Positions 62,502-64,000 of a DNA stretch of 64,000 nucleotides are shown piece by piece (position 1 is the stretch's first letter; each line of letters starts with the position of its first letter). The notes under the pieces were generated by a model. The model did not search any database, was not told the DNA's origin, and saw only the letters and a list, made by a program, of their open reading frames with translations. The position numbers and the translations under genes are program-made. Origin of the DNA: a virus; the IMG/VR virus record IMGVR_UViG_3300033148_002931, positions 6,738 to 70,737 of that record, one strand, 5' to 3'.

Positions 62502-64000
62502 CAACATTAACCGCTGCACAAAAAGCATTAGTTAATACCAAATCACATAGTAGTGATTTATATTTATCTATTTATCAACCTCAAACTGCACTAGCTTGTC
62601 AAGTAAATGATGCAAGCATAGTTAAAGGTGAGAGAGAGATAACGTATGATGGCGTTACAGATGGGAATTACAATCTGGTAGAAGAACACTTTATAATGTT
62701 AGTGGGCACTTCTGTTGGTAAGAGTGACAAAGGTAGAGTAAGAGTAAAAAGCGCTACATCAAGTGTACTAACAGTACAAGCTAACTCTCATATAAACTGG
62801 AAAGATAAAGATTATCTTACAGTATTACGTTACATTGAGATAGTTCCCGTGTACCAGAGAATTATACAAGACCCTGCAAAACCAATGAAAACTCTTTGGT
62901 ATAAAGATTATGATGTCGCGTATACAGATCAGAATAGTGTGTTAGGTTCATTTGTTTGCATGGGCTGTCATTATGCGGGATTTGTTGGAGATGATGTATA
63001 TTACACCGCAGATGGAACACACAATCTGAAAGGAGATGCTTTAACTTATGAATGGACAATGGGTGGTGCAACTGTTACTGGCTCTAGTGATTGTACTCCT
63101 GGTTATAGGAGTTACAATGATTGTGGGCATTATGTAACTACTCTAGCTGTAAGTAATGCTAGTGGTGGAACTGATACTTCTTATCGTTTTGTTTCTCTTT
63201 ATGATAGACCAGGAGAAGGAGATAACGTTCCAATATTACAGTGGGAAATGGAAACATTAAAGGGTTCTAGACAAGCGGGTGGATACAGAACTAGAATAAG
63301 AATATTCGAAGATATAGATGAAGATACTGTAAGAGATAATGCCTTAGTTATATTATTTGGGGAAGATTGGTGGGAAAGTACGCGTAATACATTTGGTGGT
63401 AATGCTACTAATCGTTCTGGTGTATTCTTTGTAGGATATATACGAGAAGGAACAATAGATTGGGATTATAGACAGGGTACTGTCGAATTTGAAGTAGTCT
63501 CTCCTGCTGATATTATGAAAGAGATGGAAGCATTTTCCATTGATGTAACTAGTTCTACTGATCCTGCCGGTCAAGCCGCCTCTGACAAAAATTTTCCTTC
63601 TGGTTGGACTCTGTTACTAGAAGCGGATTTGGAAAGAGTAATCTATCATTATTTGCGATGGCATAGCACTGTATTACAAGTAATGGATGTAGAAACTGAT
63701 GGTAGAGTAGAATTCAATTTTCCACTAGATTCTTTCTCGTCTGATAGAACAAGTATATATGATGGTATATACACAGAAACGAGTGCCGCTATTGTTGGTA
63801 ATGTGGTATCGGACAGACAAGGTAAATTATGGTTAGAAGTTGAATCGGCAGCAGTAGGTAATTCCAGCGGCACATTCCCTATGGCAATGTCAATGGAAGA
63901 TCACTTTTGGATGAGCGAACCATCATTAGAAAGAAGAGAAGTTGATGCTCTTTCTTACTTAGAAATGGGCGGAATAGCTTATTATGGCCCTGTTTCAGAT
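62498..64000 (+). CDS. Large tail/baseplate protein with PKD-like segment (runs off the window; absent from the ORF track)
   Basis: ATG 62498 overlaps the upstream stop; reads MTTLTAAQKAL...TYEWTMGG...GHYVTTLAVSNASG; open where read. Confidence 0.65.
   Translation, partial: MTTLTAAQKALVNTKSHSSDLYLSIYQPQTALACQVNDASIVKGEREITYDGVTDGNYNLVEEHFIMLVGTSVGKSDKGRVRVKSATSSVLTVQANSHINWKDKDYLTVLRYIEIVPVYQRIIQDPAKPMKTLWYKDYDVAYTDQNSVLGSFVCMGCHYAGFVGDDVYYTADGTHNLKGDALTYEWTMGGATVTGSSDCTPGYRSYNDCGHYVTTLAVSNASGGTDTSYRFVSLYDRPGEGDNVPILQWEMETLKGSRQAGGYRTRIRIFEDIDEDTVRDNALVILFGEDWWESTRNTFGGNATNRSGVFFVGYIREGTIDWDYRQGTVEFEVVSPADIMKEMEAFSIDVTSSTDPAGQAASDKNFPSGWTLLLEADLERVIYHYLRWHSTVLQVMDVETDGRVEFNFPLDSFSSDRTSIYDGIYTETSAAIVGNVVSDRQGKLWLEVESAAVGNSSGTFPMAMSMEDHFWMSEPSLERREVDALSYLEMGGIAYYGPVSD

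Noticed and set aside
2510-63873. Many short antisense ORFs in the track (e.g. 2743, 6008, 11528, 35033, 42198, 45452, 46451)
   Set aside because: Shadow frames of well-supported genes, without RBSs or recognisable motifs

Overview
This is a 64-kb, AT-rich segment of a large tailed (siphovirus-like) bacteriophage. No integrase is visible in the window. Left part, mostly minus strand: a replication/recombination module (RuvC-like resolvase, RecA, family-4 UDG, PolA, DnaB helicase, primase, probable SSB), many small early genes, a ~1.2-kb non-coding block at 20.3-21.5 kb, a GC-rich cluster of tRNA-like structured RNAs at ~26 kb, and a GH25 endolysin. Back-to-back sigma70 promoters at ~29 kb start a plus-strand late operon: HNH, TerS, TerL, portal, ChaB-protease, major capsid, holin, then neck, tail tube, tape measure and tail genes. 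Two things stand out. (1) A ~15-kb island between the head and neck genes encodes six glycosyltransferases, an RfbH/DdhC 3-dehydrase, an RmlD-like reductase, a nucleotidyltransferase, a minimal GluRS catalytic core, a complete sugar ABC importer and a glycoside hydrolase-like protein. (2) The non-coding block contains eight LexA/SOS-type boxes in 246 bp among other TF-like operators, and the early region carries Pho-box-like promoters, a recurrent palindromic operator, a strongly strand-biased ACTGCAA motif and a family of covarying hairpins. All assignments come from motifs read by eye; no database search was run.
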